DNA of 52,664 bases, from positions 1-52,664 of the forward strand of contig NZ_MWQY01000025.1 of the NCBI RefSeq assembly GCF_002087085.1, given 5' to 3'. Positions 22,438 through 32,192 of this stretch are shown here, in pieces (position 1 is the first letter of the stretch; the number at the start of each line of letters is the position of its first letter). The translations under genes and the position numbers were made by a program. The notes beneath the pieces were generated by a model that saw only the letters and a program-made list of their open reading frames with translations, was not told the origin of the DNA and made no database searches.

Positions 22438-23334
22438 ATGACCAATAATGCCCTTGTGTTCATCAAACCCCAGGCGATCACCGCCAGGGCGATAGCCTTT
22501 GTGGAGGAGCAACTGGGGAAGGCGGGTGTCAGTTTTTCCGAAGCCGGTGAGATAGAGGCGGCGGTTTTAAAAGAGAAGAGAATAATTGATCGGCACTACG
22601 CTTCCATCTCCCGGGCTGCCATGGATCTGTCTCCCCGGGATCTGCGCATACCCGAGAAAGGCCGGGAAGAGTTTTTCAGGATCTTCCACCGCAGTATTGA
22701 CCAGGTCCTCGCCGCCGGGGAGCTCCTGAACTGTACCGAAGCCTTTGAGATCCTGGGCAATCCGTCGGCCCAGACCCTGAACACCCTGTGGCGGAACGGC
22801 ATCGAAGTAAAGCTTGGTCCGGGACTCTATGTAAGCCGCATGGAGAAGAGCGATCTCTTTGTAATCAACGGATTTTACCCCTCCATGAAGGAGCTCTTTG
22901 TCGCCCCCGGTTTGAAGGTCAGACTCTATGACGCCGGTTTTGATCCCGACGACCTGAGCTGGAAGGATTTTCGCCGTCTGGTAATCGGGGCGACCAACCC
23001 CGAAAAGGCTGCCCCGGGCTCTCTTCGGAGGCTGCTTCGTGACAGATACAAGAACCTGGATCTGGAGGAACAGCCGAGGACGGCCTTTAACGGAATACAC
23101 GCCTCCGCCGGTCCTATAGAGGGTTTACGGGAGTTCCAGGTATGGCTCGATCGGGATCCGGCGGAACATGAACTGGGAGAGGCCCTGCTGAAAGGGGGAA
23201 TGAGCCCCCGGGACCTTCGCGGGTTAATGGAAAATGCTCCTGCCCGTTTTCAGGATACAGAGGGACCGGTTTTTGATATTACCGAAGACGTCGATGCCAG
23301 GGATCTCCCCGGTAATATCCGGCTCCTTGCCTAG
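22438..23334 (+). CDS. Elongated nucleoside-diphosphate-kinase-like protein
   Basis: ALVFIKP, FRRLVIGATNPEKAAPGSLR and NGIHAS (catalytic His position), with a large insertion relative to the ~140-aa NDK. Confidence 0.7.
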   Translation: MTNNALVFIKPQAITARAIAFVEEQLGKAGVSFSEAGEIEAAVLKEKRIIDRHYASISRAAMDLSPRDLRIPEKGREEFFRIFHRSIDQVLAAGELLNCTEAFEILGNPSAQTLNTLWRNGIEVKLGPGLYVSRMEKSDLFVINGFYPSMKELFVAPGLKVRLYDAGFDPDDLSWKDFRRLVIGATNPEKAAPGSLRRLLRDRYKNLDLEEQPRTAFNGIHASAGPIEGLREFQVWLDRDPAEHELGEALLKGGMSPRDLRGLMENAPARFQDTEGPVFDITEDVDARDLPGNIRLLA

Positions 23335-23337
23335 TTT

Positions 23338-24411
23338 TCAGTATGCCTCTCCGAAGAGGAAATAGACGCCGAAGTCTTCACCGGTCCACCCGACGTCGAG
23401 TCGAAAGGATGTATCAGGAGTAGGACCGGTCTGGAATCGCAGGCCTCCTCCCCAGGCCGCCTTGAGTCCCCCCTCTCCGAGGGAACTGATATCCGGGGCA
23501 ACATTTCCGAGGGCGCCGAAAAGGGCCCCCTTCAGTTTACCGTAGATGGGAAACCGGTAGTCCGCCTGAAGCGCCATGGCAACTGCGTCCCGGAAACGGT
23601 CTGCAGCGTAACCCCTGAGCAGGTTTCCCCCGCCGACGGAAGGCAGCTCAAGGAATGGCAGTTCCCCGCCGGAAACGAGGCTCAGGTGCTGAAGGGCGAA
23701 CTGGTGTCCCCTGAGCCCGAGGGGGGAACCGGCAAGGTCGTAAAAGAGGCGGAAATCGCTTTTAAGGTAAAAATCTTCAGCCCGATCTCCCCGGATTGTT
23801 GTGGCGTAGCTTCCGATCGCCTCGTAGAAGATTCCCAGGGCGGGAGTCAGGGGAATAAGCTCTCTTCCAGTTCCCAGACCGATTCCTGAGTAGAGTATCT
23901 GGTAGCCCTCGCTGCCGGCTACGAGATTTCTGTCGATGAGTCCCCCTTCGTCGGGATCCACAAACTCGTTGATTTTGTAGCGGAAAGCCGGCCCTATATA
24001 AAGACCGTCAAAAACCCTGCGGTAGGCACTCAGGCTCTGATCGAGTCCGAGGGTAGTAAAGCCCTCCTCGTCGTCAAGGTCCGTAGCCTCTCCCAGGCCG
24101 TAAAAGGATTCGGGATAATACCTGCCGCTGCCGTCGTACTGGATCCACCAGGGGAACTCGGGTGTAAAGTAATCCAGGTTGTAAAAGATATTTATCTGGT
24201 TTTTCTGCGTGTAGAATCCGGCGATGCTGAAGTTCAGTCCCGAAGGATAGAGGCGCTGAAAGAGTCCGCCCCCCGCAAAACCGGTATCGCTGGTATAAAA
24301 GGCTATGGGTACCAGAAGATTGAAGGTTCCGTCATCCCGTTCTTCCCCTGTCAGGGCGAGGGGGGCAAGGAGAAGGATGACAAAAAGAGCCGGCAGGAAT
24401 TTATTTTTCAC
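23338..24411 (-). CDS. Omp85/BamA-TamA-family outer-membrane beta-barrel, no evident POTRA domains
   Basis: Signal peptide from GTG 24411 (GAGG upstream), LLRGY loop motif, WGGGLRF, and terminal aromatic (FGEAY). Confidence 0.8.
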   Translation of the reverse strand: MKNKFLPALFVILLLAPLALTGEERDDGTFNLLVPIAFYTSDTGFAGGGLFQRLYPSGLNFSIAGFYTQKNQINIFYNLDYFTPEFPWWIQYDGSGRYYPESFYGLGEATDLDDEEGFTTLGLDQSLSAYRRVFDGLYIGPAFRYKINEFVDPDEGGLIDRNLVAGSEGYQILYSGIGLGTGRELIPLTPALGIFYEAIGSYATTIRGDRAEDFYLKSDFRLFYDLAGSPLGLRGHQFALQHLSLVSGGELPFLELPSVGGGNLLRGYAADRFRDAVAMALQADYRFPIYGKLKGALFGALGNVAPDISSLGEGGLKAAWGGGLRFQTGPTPDTSFRLDVGWTGEDFGVYFLFGEAY

Positions 24412-24520
24412 AGGTCTATCCTCATTGTTTCTGCTTAAGAAATGTACCATAAATCGGCAGGCTTAGACAGAAAAAAACTGCGGTCAGCTTTTATCAAATG
24501 AAGATAGACTTATTCATAAA

Positions 24521-24542
24521 TTGTCTAAAAATATATAGACAA
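24521..24542. promoter_or_regulatory. Inverted repeat upstream of the DUF2087 gene
   Basis: TTGTCTA-N8-TAGACAA in an AT-rich divergent intergenic region. Confidence 0.45.
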
Positions 24543-24580
24543 AAAAGGTGTATGTTGATAATAATGATGAAGGAGGACGT

Positions 24581-25327
24581 ATGGATGATATAAAACCCCC
24601 CGATAATCCCTCCCTAACGGAGCTGAAAAGGGGGTACAGAAAGACCGGTGAAAGACTGTTGTGTCTGCAGTGTTCTCATATCCTTGAACGCGGGATGGTA
24701 TACTCCGAGGGAGAGCGCTTACTGACTGCCCGGAAGGCAATGGAAGATCACATCGTATCCGCCCATGGGGGCCCCTTTATGGCCCTGGCATCAGGAAGAT
24801 GGGGATCCGGCGGATTGTCTGAAGTACAGATGAAGGTAATGATGGGAATGTACCGGGGGGAGAAGGACGCGGAAATAGCGAAGCTCCTGGGTAACAAGGC
24901 GAAATCCACCGTAAGAAATCACCGGTACCAGCTGCGTGAACGCTATCGGGAGGCCAAGGTGCTGATGGCCATGACCGAACTTCTGCAGGAACCGCCCGGG
25001 GAAGAACAGCTTGTGGAATATCCCCTGCATATCCGGGCCGATGATATGCGGCTGGTTGTAACCGAAAAGGAGAAATCGGATATCCTGCGGAAGTACATGC
25101 CCGATGCCCGCCTAATCCGATTTCCCAGAAAAGAGAAGGAAAAGCTGGTTATCCTGCAAAGGCTGGCACAGGGCTTGAATGCGGAGCGGAAGTACAGCGA
25201 AGGAGAGATTAATCGGCATATAGCCGGATTCTTCGACGACTATGTAACCCTTCGGCGTTATCTCGTGGAATACGGTTTTCTCGACAGGAGTCCCGGGGGA
25301 AAAAGTTACTGGCTAAAGGAGTCCTGA
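24581..25327 (+). CDS. DUF2087-domain putative transcriptional regulator (Zn-finger + HTH)
   Basis: CLQC...HIVSAH, STVRNHRYQLRE, FPRKEKEKLVIL...YSEGEIN...DYVTLRRYLVEYGFLDR. ATG follows AGGAGG. Confidence 0.82.
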   Translation: MDDIKPPDNPSLTELKRGYRKTGERLLCLQCSHILERGMVYSEGERLLTARKAMEDHIVSAHGGPFMALASGRWGSGGLSEVQMKVMMGMYRGEKDAEIAKLLGNKAKSTVRNHRYQLRERYREAKVLMAMTELLQEPPGEEQLVEYPLHIRADDMRLVVTEKEKSDILRKYMPDARLIRFPRKEKEKLVILQRLAQGLNAERKYSEGEINRHIAGFFDDYVTLRRYLVEYGFLDRSPGGKSYWLKES

Positions 25328-25385
25328 ACAGAAAACCTCCAGCCTGGTTGCCGTTGAACGGCCCGTCGGAGTAGACTCAGGGGTA

Positions 25386-26189
25386 ATGAAACCAGACTTT
25401 GCAACCAAAGATTTTTTTCTCTCCCTTAAAGAGAGTTTTCATTCCCCTGCTCCATACCGGCGGCGGCCGGAAAAGCCCGGACGGCCTTTTCTGGTGCTGC
25501 TGGCGGTAACGGCTCTTCTTTTTATTCCCGGTTATATCAATCTTCTGATACTGGTCAATACCATCAAGCGGGAGGTGGTGGATCCGCTGGTATATCGGCT
25601 GCCGGTCATGGAGGTTATCAGCGGAAGGGTCACCTCCTCGGTGAAACAGCCCTACGAAATCCGTCTCGATGATCAGCTTATGTTCGTTCTTGATACCACT
25701 GGTCAGATAAACAGCCTGGAAGAATCGGGGGCCCTTGCCTTTATGGGTCCCCAGGGACTCGCGGTATACGAGGACCAGCAGAGAACCCGGATCCGCCGTC
25801 TATATTTTTCCGATACCGATTATCTCCTCATCGATCCCCTGTCAATAAAGAACTGGACGGACAGTATTCTGCCTCTGTTGTACCCTCTGGCGTTCATCGT
25901 CACCCTGGGGGGAATCTATCTGTTCCGGGTGGCCCAGATGATGGTCTACATCGCCCTGACCAGAATAACTCTAAGGCTCCGGGGCCAAAGGGCTCCCTTC
26001 GAGGGAATTCTGAATGTGGCGGTCTATGCCATGGTCCCTGCCATGAGCTTTGAGGTGCTGCTGATGTTTGTTCCGGTCTATTTTCCCGGTCGGGGACTGA
26101 TCTTTTACCTGATCTATGCGGGATACATGTGGTGGGGTACCAGGGCCTATATGGAAGGCCGGGATGTGAATCCCGGCCCGGAAGTGTAA
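25386..26189 (+). CDS. Membrane protein (DUF1189/Yip1-like)
   Basis: N-terminal TM segment, soluble loop, then several C-terminal TM helices including VYAMVP. Confidence 0.6.
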   Translation: MKPDFATKDFFLSLKESFHSPAPYRRRPEKPGRPFLVLLAVTALLFIPGYINLLILVNTIKREVVDPLVYRLPVMEVISGRVTSSVKQPYEIRLDDQLMFVLDTTGQINSLEESGALAFMGPQGLAVYEDQQRTRIRRLYFSDTDYLLIDPLSIKNWTDSILPLLYPLAFIVTLGGIYLFRVAQMMVYIALTRITLRLRGQRAPFEGILNVAVYAMVPAMSFEVLLMFVPVYFPGRGLIFYLIYAGYMWWGTRAYMEGRDVNPGPEV

Positions 26190-26194
26190 GTAGA

Positions 26195-27649
26195 TTACGT
26201 GCGCACCGCGGCAATAGCCGCCGCCATGGCCTCATCAAGAAGCTTCTGGGGCGGTTCGGCGATATGTCCGCGGTCTTCCATGTCCCGGTAGAGTCGGCGG
26301 GCCGCTTCTATGTCTGTTTTGGTGCGGGTATATACCTCGTCCCAGCTGAGTTCCCGCCGGGCAACCCCCTCCTCGATGGCCTGCATGGCCACATCGGCTG
26401 CCTCCCGGGCGAAGACCTCCGTCTCTTCCATGGTCGCTATGATATTGTCGGGAGTGATGCCCCGCTTCTCGGAGAAGTCCGCGATGGAATGGGAACAGCG
26501 GATGGCCATGCCGTCGGTAATCTTCTTTGCCCGGACCAGCAGGGCTCCCTTCAGGATTCCCGGAAAGCAGACTGAGTTGTTTACCTGGTTCGGGAAATCT
26601 CCCCGTCCGGTGGCTACAATATAAGCCCCTTCCTCTTTCGCGGCATAGGGCCAGATCTCCGGTACGGGATTAGCGCAGGCAAAGACGATGGATTTGGGCG
26701 CCATGGAGCGTATCCACTCCCGCTTTACCGTGTCAGGACCCGGGGTGGAGAGAGCAATCAGTACATCGGCCCCTTTCATTGCTTCTTCGATGGTGTTGAT
26801 TTTTCCGGGGTTGGTCCTTTCGCAGATCTCCCATTTGCGGTAGTGCCGTGGATCTTTCTGTATATCCTCCCGTCCCGAGTGGAGTCCTCCCCGGGAGTCG
26901 AAGACGCACATCTTAGCAGGATCTCCTCCGTCAGCGAGTATGAGACGGGCAATGGTCGTGTTGGATGCTCCGGCACCGAGAAGAACGATCTTTGCGTCGC
27001 CGATCTTCCTGTCCGTCAGCTTGAGGGCGTTGATGAGGCCGGCGAGGGTCACACAGGCGGTACCCTGGGCGTCATCGTGCCAGACGGGAATATCGCAGCT
27101 GTCCCTGAGTTCATCCAGAACGCGGAAGCAGTTGGGCTGGCTGATGTCCTCGAGGTTGACCGCACCGAAGGAGTGCTGCGCCATCTTTACAAACTCGATG
27201 ATCTTGTCGGGATCGTTTTTTCCGTCCTTTCCCCTGGAATCGACACAGAGCGGGACGCCGTCCACCCCCCCGAGGTACTTCATCAGTAGGGCTTTGCCTT
27301 CCATAACTCCCAGTCCGCCGGGGGGAGTGCAGTCTCCGTCTCCCAGGACACGGGTCGAATCACTGATCACCGCAACGGTATTACCCCTGCTGGAGAGGGC
27401 AAAGGAGCTGTCGCTGTCGTCCCGGATGCTGGTCGATATTTTGGATACCCCCGGGGTATACCAGACATTAAACCAGTTGAAACCGTAGAGCCCGCACCTG
27501 GGAACGGTCTGCATCTTACCGCCGTAGAAGCGATGGGCTTTTTCCGAGAGGTTTTTTAAAAAGAGGGTCTTTGCCTGGGCTTTCTGGTCTTCTGTAAAGT
27601 CCTCGGGAAAGGCCGCCTCCAGGTTTTTCAGGTCCAGATTGATCGACAT
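26195..27649 (-). CDS. NAD(P)-dependent malic enzyme
   Basis: YTPGVS, VMEGKA, NLEDI, VWHDDAQGTA, GAGA, ANPVPEI and ATGRGDFPNQVNN motifs. Confidence 0.93.
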   Translation of the reverse strand: MSINLDLKNLEAAFPEDFTEDQKAQAKTLFLKNLSEKAHRFYGGKMQTVPRCGLYGFNWFNVWYTPGVSKISTSIRDDSDSSFALSSRGNTVAVISDSTRVLGDGDCTPPGGLGVMEGKALLMKYLGGVDGVPLCVDSRGKDGKNDPDKIIEFVKMAQHSFGAVNLEDISQPNCFRVLDELRDSCDIPVWHDDAQGTACVTLAGLINALKLTDRKIGDAKIVLLGAGASNTTIARLILADGGDPAKMCVFDSRGGLHSGREDIQKDPRHYRKWEICERTNPGKINTIEEAMKGADVLIALSTPGPDTVKREWIRSMAPKSIVFACANPVPEIWPYAAKEEGAYIVATGRGDFPNQVNNSVCFPGILKGALLVRAKKITDGMAIRCSHSIADFSEKRGITPDNIIATMEETEVFAREAADVAMQAIEEGVARRELSWDEVYTRTKTDIEAARRLYRDMEDRGHIAEPPQKLLDEAMAAAIAAVRT

Positions 27650-27808
27650 AATCTCCAAACTCCTTATGATCCATGCTCGTTATCATCCCTGGGGAGTATC
27701 CACAGGTTGTATACAGAACTATATCATATAAGACTGAATTCTGTATATATGTGTATAAGTTGTATCTTACTAATTGCTATCTCGAAAAACGCGTTTTTTA
27801 AGGCGCCC

Positions 27809-29452
27809 TTATTCAATGAGTGTTTTCGCTTTTTTCACAGCCGCGGAAAAATCTGCAAATATAGCGTCCCGTCCAAGAACGCCGTGTTTTATCAGTTTTT
27901 CTGTGATTCTGCTGTTTGCTCCGGAGACCAGAACGCGAATTCCTTGTTTCTTCAGGGCATGTACTATCTCCGTAAAACGGCGAAGCCCGGAACTGTCCAT
28001 AATCGGGACATAACGCATGCGGAACAGCACCAGGCTGTGGTGGCTTTGTACATAGGCATGGACATTCAGAAACTGGCCGGCGGAACCGAAGAAGAGGGGT
28101 CCGTTAATCTCGAAGACCTGGACCTCCTCCGGTATCTCCTCTCCGTCGGTACTGAAGAGGGATTCCCCGCTCTTGGATGCCACCAGGGGATTGATATCCA
28201 CCGCTTCGGACATCCGTTTCATGAAAAGAACCAGGGCGAGCACGAAGCCTGCGGGTATGGCTATGGTCAGATCCGTAAACACCGTCAGAAAGAAGGTGGT
28301 CAGCAGCACTGCTGTCTCATAGATGTTTATTCTGCAGGAGAGTATGAAGTAGCGGTACTCGCTCATATTCCATGCAACGACGACAAGGATGCCCGCCAGG
28401 CAGGCCATGGGAATGGCGGAAACCAGGGGCATGGCGACAAGGAAGATAACAAGCAGCGTCAGGGCGTGGACGATCCCCGCTATGGGAGTGCGGGCCCCGA
28501 GTTTTATGCTGGTCATGGTGCGGGCTATTGCCCCCGTGGCTGGTATTCCTCCGAAGAGGGGAGAAACGATATTCGCAAGACCCTGGGCGATCAGTTCGAT
28601 ATTGGAACGATGGCGGCCACCGATGACGCCGTCGGCCACAACAGCCGAGAGCAGGGATTCCAGGGCTCCCAGCAGGGCTATGGAGAAGGCCGCCAGCAGA
28701 AGTCCGCTCCAGATTTGAGGATCAAAGGCGGGGAATACGGGAGGGGGAAAGACCGGGCTCAAAGGGCCGAAGCGTCCGGCGATGGTTTCCACGGGAAGCT
28801 CGAAAAGACTCACCAGGACGGTTGATACTATGATCGCGACGAAGGCTCCGGGGACCTTCGGCAGGAGCCGGGGAACCAGGACTACCGCGGCAATACTGAA
28901 TAGTCCGATAACGAGGGCCCAGGGATTAAGCGTGCTCAGTCCGCCGAGGTAGGTTCCCCACCTGGGAATAAACTCTGCGGGAACTTCCTCAAGATTCAGT
29001 CCCAGAAGGTCCTTGATCTGGCTGCTGAAGATAAGCACCGCGATCCCGGAGGTGAAACCGGTTATAAGAGTCTGGGGGATGTATTTTATCAGGGAACCGA
29101 GACGCAGCAAGCCCATAAGAACCAGGATAATTCCCGCCATCAGGGTGGCAATGAGGAGTCCCTCGTAACCGTGCTGCCGGATTATCCCGTACACAATTAC
29201 AACGAAAGCTCCGGTGGGTCCCCCGATCTGGACCCTGCTGCCGCCGAATATGGAAATCAGAAGACCAGCCAGGATGGCCGTCAGTATCCCACGATCAGGA
29301 GACACTCCGGATGCTATGGCGAAGGCGATTGCCAGGGGCAGGGCCACAATTCCGACGATAAGACCCGCACTTATGTCCCGGACCAACTGCTGCCGGGGAA
29401 CACCTTCTTTAAGGACATGGAAGAGTTTTGGAGTAAACTCAGTGTGTTTCAT
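27809..29452 (-). CDS. SulP/SLC26-family anion transporter with STAS domain
   Basis: VALPLAIAFAIASG, QIGGPTGAF, ESLLSA, ELIAQG, ATGAIART, and STAS-type GPLFFG...MDSSG. Confidence 0.93.
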   Translation of the reverse strand: MKHTEFTPKLFHVLKEGVPRQQLVRDISAGLIVGIVALPLAIAFAIASGVSPDRGILTAILAGLLISIFGGSRVQIGGPTGAFVVIVYGIIRQHGYEGLLIATLMAGIILVLMGLLRLGSLIKYIPQTLITGFTSGIAVLIFSSQIKDLLGLNLEEVPAEFIPRWGTYLGGLSTLNPWALVIGLFSIAAVVLVPRLLPKVPGAFVAIIVSTVLVSLFELPVETIAGRFGPLSPVFPPPVFPAFDPQIWSGLLLAAFSIALLGALESLLSAVVADGVIGGRHRSNIELIAQGLANIVSPLFGGIPATGAIARTMTSIKLGARTPIAGIVHALTLLVIFLVAMPLVSAIPMACLAGILVVVAWNMSEYRYFILSCRINIYETAVLLTTFFLTVFTDLTIAIPAGFVLALVLFMKRMSEAVDINPLVASKSGESLFSTDGEEIPEEVQVFEINGPLFFGSAGQFLNVHAYVQSHHSLVLFRMRYVPIMDSSGLRRFTEIVHALKKQGIRVLVSGANSRITEKLIKHGVLGRDAIFADFSAAVKKAKTLIE

Positions 29453-29519
29453 GGACGGAGTATATTCCTTTCAGGTTGGTCTGACCAGTAGGATTACACA
29501 GGCTGCCTTGGTATTTTTA

Positions 29520-30044
29520 TCAGTTCAGGTCGATACCTTTGAGCTCCAGGGAGCACTCTGCGGCTTTATCTATCTGTCCCGAACGATGGTAAACTGCACA
29601 GCGGAGGACCATCAGGGACGGATCGTCGGGATAGACTGTCTCTGCTCTTTCAATACGGCTGAGAGCCCCATCATGGTTTCCCAGGTCAAGCTGTTCCTCC
29701 GCCTCTTTTATGAGGCTCTCGAAGGAGGCGATACTGACATAGAGAACCTCCAGGGTACTGGAAAAATCCACCCGGGTTCGCTGTTCCTCGTAACCCTCCC
29801 TGCCGATCAGCAGCAGATGGGCACCCTTCGCCAGGGAAGGCGTAACAAATCGTCCGTTCAGGTCGGTGGAAGTCTCCAGCGTGCCGTCGATAAGGACCCG
29901 GGCACCCTGAACGGGCCGCCCGTGGGTATCGTAAACCATTCCTGTGAGGGGCGCCCTGTCACCCGGGGACGACGGTGCGGTAGAACAGGAAGCGGTAAAC
30001 AGCAGGATCAGCAGCAGGAGAAGTGAGCTATTTTTTCGGCACAT
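29520..30044 (-). CDS. Lipoprotein with carboxypeptidase-regulatory-like and TPR-like domains, last gene of the T2SS cluster
   Basis: Lipobox FTAS-C; GMVYD..GRPVQGARV...TDLNGRF...EGYE; helical C-terminus. Confidence 0.7.
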   Translation of the reverse strand: MCRKNSSLLLLLILLFTASCSTAPSSPGDRAPLTGMVYDTHGRPVQGARVLIDGTLETSTDLNGRFVTPSLAKGAHLLLIGREGYEEQRTRVDFSSTLEVLYVSIASFESLIKEAEEQLDLGNHDGALSRIERAETVYPDDPSLMVLRCAVYHRSGQIDKAAECSLELKGIDLN

Positions 30045-30103
30045 AAAGACTCCTTATTTACGGTCGCCATCGGCATGCTGCCTCCGGCTCCGCACAATTT
30101 TGT

Positions 30104-30586
30104 TCAGGGCCGGCGAAGCCGGTACTTTGCTCCCCGGTATTCCAGTATCAGCTCATTTTTTGTGGCGCTGATCAGCCTGTATTCACCCTCTGATTCCTCC
30201 GTGAGACCTACGAGTTTTTCAGGACGGCCTGCCATAAGGTAGTAAACAGGACGGCCCTGGATTACCGCTTCTCCCACGTAGCGAAGGGGAGGGAGAGGGG
30301 GAAGCGGTGAAGCGGGTTCCGGTGATGACGCTTCGCGGGTCTGCTCTTCAGGTGGCTTCGGATCCCTGGGACGGGCCGGAATGGGCCGGACTTCAAAGAG
30401 ATGTGAAAGATCATCCGGCGTAGAGTGCTGCCAGATTTGTGATGACGGAACCTGTACCGGTGTTTTTTTTCCATGCATCTGTGGCGGAATAACAGGGGGC
30501 TTGGAATCCGGCAGGGGCAGCAGGAAGCCCGCTGTAATAAAGCCTGCCGCGATAATCAGCCGGATAGCAGCTTGTTGAAATTTCAT
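30104..30586 (-). CDS. T2SS-associated bitopic Pro-rich protein (possible GspC/PilP analogue)
   Basis: N-terminal TM segment, Pro-rich linker, small beta domain (LRYVG...YYL...GEYRLISATKNELIL); 4-bp overlap with the upstream gene. Confidence 0.5.
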   Translation of the reverse strand: MKFQQAAIRLIIAAGFITAGFLLPLPDSKPPVIPPQMHGKKTPVQVPSSQIWQHSTPDDLSHLFEVRPIPARPRDPKPPEEQTREASSPEPASPLPPLPPLRYVGEAVIQGRPVYYLMAGRPEKLVGLTEESEGEYRLISATKNELILEYRGAKYRLRRP

Positions 30587-31146
30587 TCTTTTGCCTCCGG
30601 AGATTTTGGGCCCTGCACAATATCGAAGGCAATATCCAGCTGTCCCGGGGTGCTGCTGGCGCTGATCATGAGACTCGTAACATTCCAGCAGGAATGCTCC
30701 TGTGAAAGTTCCTGTAAAAAGCGGAGAAGATCTTCGGCGGCGGCGTTCCCGGCAAAGGAGAAACCCGGGACATCCTTCCGACTTTCTCCTCTCTGTCCTG
30801 TCAGGGGACGGTAACGGCGGACCCTTACGGAATGCACCTGCAAAAGTTTCAGTACCGACTCGCCCAGGGAGTACGCGTCGGGGGAGGACTCGGCGCTGAC
30901 AGATTTGAGGCGGGCGGCAAGGGCGTCGCGTTTCCGACGCAGGACTACGGGTGAGGCTGTATCTGTGCTGCGCGCCGTCGTTTGAATAAGCTCCCGTTGC
31001 GCTGCGATGCTGCCGCTGACTTCGGTATAGCGCAGGTAAAAACGGATAAAGCCTGCGGCAGCAAGAGCGATCAGGGCGGTGAAAAGAAGGATCTTTATGA
31101 AGAGCCTCTCCCGTCTGGTCAGGGAGGGTTTACCGTTTTTATTCAT
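30583..31146 (-). CDS. GspM/PilO-like inner-membrane platform protein
   Basis: LTRRER followed by a TM segment, coiled coil and LLRFLQEL domain; position after the GspL-like gene. Confidence 0.6.
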   Translation of the reverse strand: MNKNGKPSLTRRERLFIKILLFTALIALAAAGFIRFYLRYTEVSGSIAAQRELIQTTARSTDTASPVVLRRKRDALAARLKSVSAESSPDAYSLGESVLKLLQVHSVRVRRYRPLTGQRGESRKDVPGFSFAGNAAAEDLLRFLQELSQEHSCWNVTSLMISASSTPGQLDIAFDIVQGPKSPEAKE

Positions 31147-32192
31147 TCGTCCTCCCGTTCCGTTGTGAACCGACCAGCCGGAGTAAAACAGCCGCTAAGC
31201 CGATAGCGGGAACGATATGGACCCTCAGGAGATTCCTGAAGGATGCGCACCTCCTGGAAAACGATATCGGTGAAGCCGGACTCCCGGGAAAGGGCATCTC
31301 CCAGTCCCAGGGCGCTTTCCCGGGAATCGTCGCTGCTGAGTTCCAGGGTAAAAGCGTCTCCCCGGGTAGTCAGGTTTCGGATTCGAGTCCCTCGGGGCAT
31401 CAGGGGGACAAGGCGGTTCAGAAAAAGCCACGGGTCAATATGCGCTGCTGTTTCAGCCTCCTGCAGCCGGTTTTCCAGCGCTTCGATCTCTGCTTTGAGT
31501 GCGGCAGCCGTCTCGATGCGCTCGTTCTCGTCCCGGGTAAGGCGGGACAGCACGGTGAACTCGGCTTCCCGGTCGATCAGGAGGCGCTCCCCGTAGATCC
31601 CAAGCCCCGAGAGGATGGCAACACCGGTAAGAAGGGCTCTGATACCCAGGGACATTCGGGTATTCTGCTTTACGCTGAAGGCGCCGCGATACCCCTTTAT
31701 ACTCTTTTGAATCCTTGTAGCGGCGGTGAGGGGAGAACAGATCTTCCAGCTGTTCCTGTCAGCCTCGGGGTAGACACTGTCTGCAGTCTCCGCCGGCAGG
31801 GAGGAGAGGCGGTAGTTGTCGTCCGTATCCCGGATCAGGCTGTCTTTCAGAGATCCGCTGTATTCCAGCTCCAGGCTTTGCCCCCGGCGGGGGTACCCAC
31901 GGTCGATACAGTGAAGCAGGGGGACGTACACGATTGCCTCCGGCTGAGCGCCGCGGATTTCTTCGATCTCCCGCCGGGAGACAAGCACACTCAGAACAGC
32001 TCCCGAGGTTCCCGGCAGCAGCCTGCTTTCCCAGAGAATGTCCTCCATGGAGCCGGGGTAGAGTTCGGGCAGCCGGAACTCCACGGCCCTGAGGCGTTCT
32101 GATTTCTTGAGACCGGGAAAAACCGACAGCACCAGACGATAGCTGTCTCGGGGGAGCAGGACTGCACGTTTCGGCAGACGTGAGCTTACCAT
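31143..32192 (-). CDS. GspL/PilN-like protein
   Basis: Cytoplasmic domain, TM segment, coiled coil, then a PilN-like segment (LNRLVPLMPRGTRIRNL). Confidence 0.6.
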   Translation of the reverse strand: MVSSRLPKRAVLLPRDSYRLVLSVFPGLKKSERLRAVEFRLPELYPGSMEDILWESRLLPGTSGAVLSVLVSRREIEEIRGAQPEAIVYVPLLHCIDRGYPRRGQSLELEYSGSLKDSLIRDTDDNYRLSSLPAETADSVYPEADRNSWKICSPLTAATRIQKSIKGYRGAFSVKQNTRMSLGIRALLTGVAILSGLGIYGERLLIDREAEFTVLSRLTRDENERIETAAALKAEIEALENRLQEAETAAHIDPWLFLNRLVPLMPRGTRIRNLTTRGDAFTLELSSDDSRESALGLGDALSRESGFTDIVFQEVRILQESPEGPYRSRYRLSGCFTPAGRFTTEREDE

